Assembly: GCA_965219955.1 (NCBI GenBank)
Contig: OZ244799.1
Coordinates: 764,828 to 828,827, forward strand
DNA: 64,000 nt
Source: a bacterium
GTDB taxonomy: Bacteria; UBA8248
Direction: 5' to 3'
Shown: positions 63,336-64,000 of the stretch, one piece after another
How the letters are laid out: each line of letters starts with the position of its first letter
Numbering within the stretch: position 1 is the first letter of the stretch
Made by a program: the position numbers and the translations under genes
The notes under the pieces: generated by a model
Databases searched by the model: none
The model's input: the letters and a program-made list of their open reading frames with translations, nothing else
Told to the model about the DNA's origin: nothing

Positions 63336-64000
63336 TCTGTCTATCCATGCTCATCAGGCTGCGGGCGGCTTCTTCCACGAGAGGAACAAGGCTTTCGTGG
63401 TCTATGCCGCTTACGGCGATGCCGTTGAATCGACGACATAGATTGGCTAGACGGATATCGTCTGTCTGGTCCATTTTGTTGAAAACCCGAATCAGGGGCG
63501 TGTTTTTCAGCCCGATTTCATCCAGAATCTTCTCCACGGAAAAAAGGTTTTCCTCGCAATGCGGGGATGAGGCGTCAATCACATGAAGGAGAAGGTCCGC
63601 TTCACTCAGTTCCTCCAGCGTGGAGCGGAATGCCCCTATCAGCTCCTGGGGGAGGTCGTGAATGAAGCCGACGGTATCCGTAATGATGACTTCCTGCTCG
63701 CGCGGGAGCCTGAGTCTCCGGCTCGATGTGTCCAGGGTGGCGAAAAGCCGATCCTCGGCCATGACCTCGCTGTTCGTCAAAGCGTTCAATAATGTGGATT
63801 TCCCCGCGTTGGTGTAGCCCACCAGGGAGAGAACCGGCACTTCACGGCGCTGGCGGAGCCGTCTGCCCTGAGAGCGTTTTTTCTGCAAGTTTCCGAGCTC
63901 TTTCTCCACCCTGCGAATGCGCTCGAATGCGCGGCGACGGTGAATCTCAAGCTTCGTTTCACCCGGACCCCTGCCGCCGATGCCGCCGGTGAGCCTGCTC
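63301..64000 (-). CDS. hflX: GTPase HflX (N-terminus outside window)
   Basis: The frame is open to the window end. GGIGGRGPGETKLEIHRR..., G1 motif GYTNAGKST, DTVGF and NKMD. Confidence 0.9.
   Translation of the reverse strand, partial: SRLTGGIGGRGPGETKLEIHRRRAFERIRRVEKELGNLQKKRSQGRRLRQRREVPVLSLVGYTNAGKSTLLNALTNSEVMAEDRLFATLDTSSRRLRLPREQEVIITDTVGFIHDLPQELIGAFRSTLEELSEADLLLHVIDASSPHCEENLFSVEKILDEIGLKNTPLIRVFNKMDQTDDIRLANLCRRFNGIAVSGIDHESLVPLVEEAARSLMSMDRQNETQEYEQIAN

Overview
This is 64 kb of a gene-dense, GC-rich bacterial chromosome. It looks metagenome-derived, probably from a diderm, and the secreted ankyrin protein hints at a host-associated lifestyle. I support about 60 CDS and one tRNA-Leu(UAA).

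Routine content:
- Acyl-CoA metabolism: an ACAD fragment, an ADP-forming acyl-CoA synthetase, a family III CoA-transferase, a GctAB-like CoA-transferase, a split methylmalonyl-CoA mutase large subunit and an enoyl-CoA hydratase.
- Transport: a peptide ABC importer in the order DF-A-BC, and a second ABC importer (SBP plus fused permease) with no ATPase.
- Redox enzymes: a CoxS-L-M type molybdenum hydroxylase with the form-II motif AYRGAGR, two SDRs, an aldehyde:ferredoxin oxidoreductase and an FNR-like reductase.
- Others: QueE, M20 and M16 peptidases, RlpA, RraA, a split UxaA dehydratase and HflX (partial).

Non-routine content:
1. Eight intergenic blocks, roughly 4 kb in total, consist of mosaic palindromic repeats drawn from a shared module vocabulary. 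They include two long dispersed copies (about 400 bp and 230 bp), a nested hairpin insertion, and a core of about 52 bp that is inverted between copies while its flanks stay co-linear.
2. A four-member family of predicted lipoproteins carries a TbpB/fHbp-like C-terminal barrel signature. Three members sit in tandem, each with the same promoter, leader and translated N-terminal extension. One carries an 18-bp tandem repeat encoding PEPTPP. A relic of a further copy lies between them.
3. An XRE regulator plus an unknown 337-aa protein lie directly 3' of the tRNA-Leu.
4. A low-GC Mrr restriction islet sits next to a secreted ankyrin-repeat gene and its truncated duplicate.
5. Several gene remnants are present, plus a CoA-transferase A gene interrupted by a single in-frame TGA.
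6. Composition and repeat content both change near 39.2-39.7 kb.

I saw no CRISPR array, rRNA, transposase or integrase. All functional calls come from motif and architecture recognition by eye, and none is a database result.
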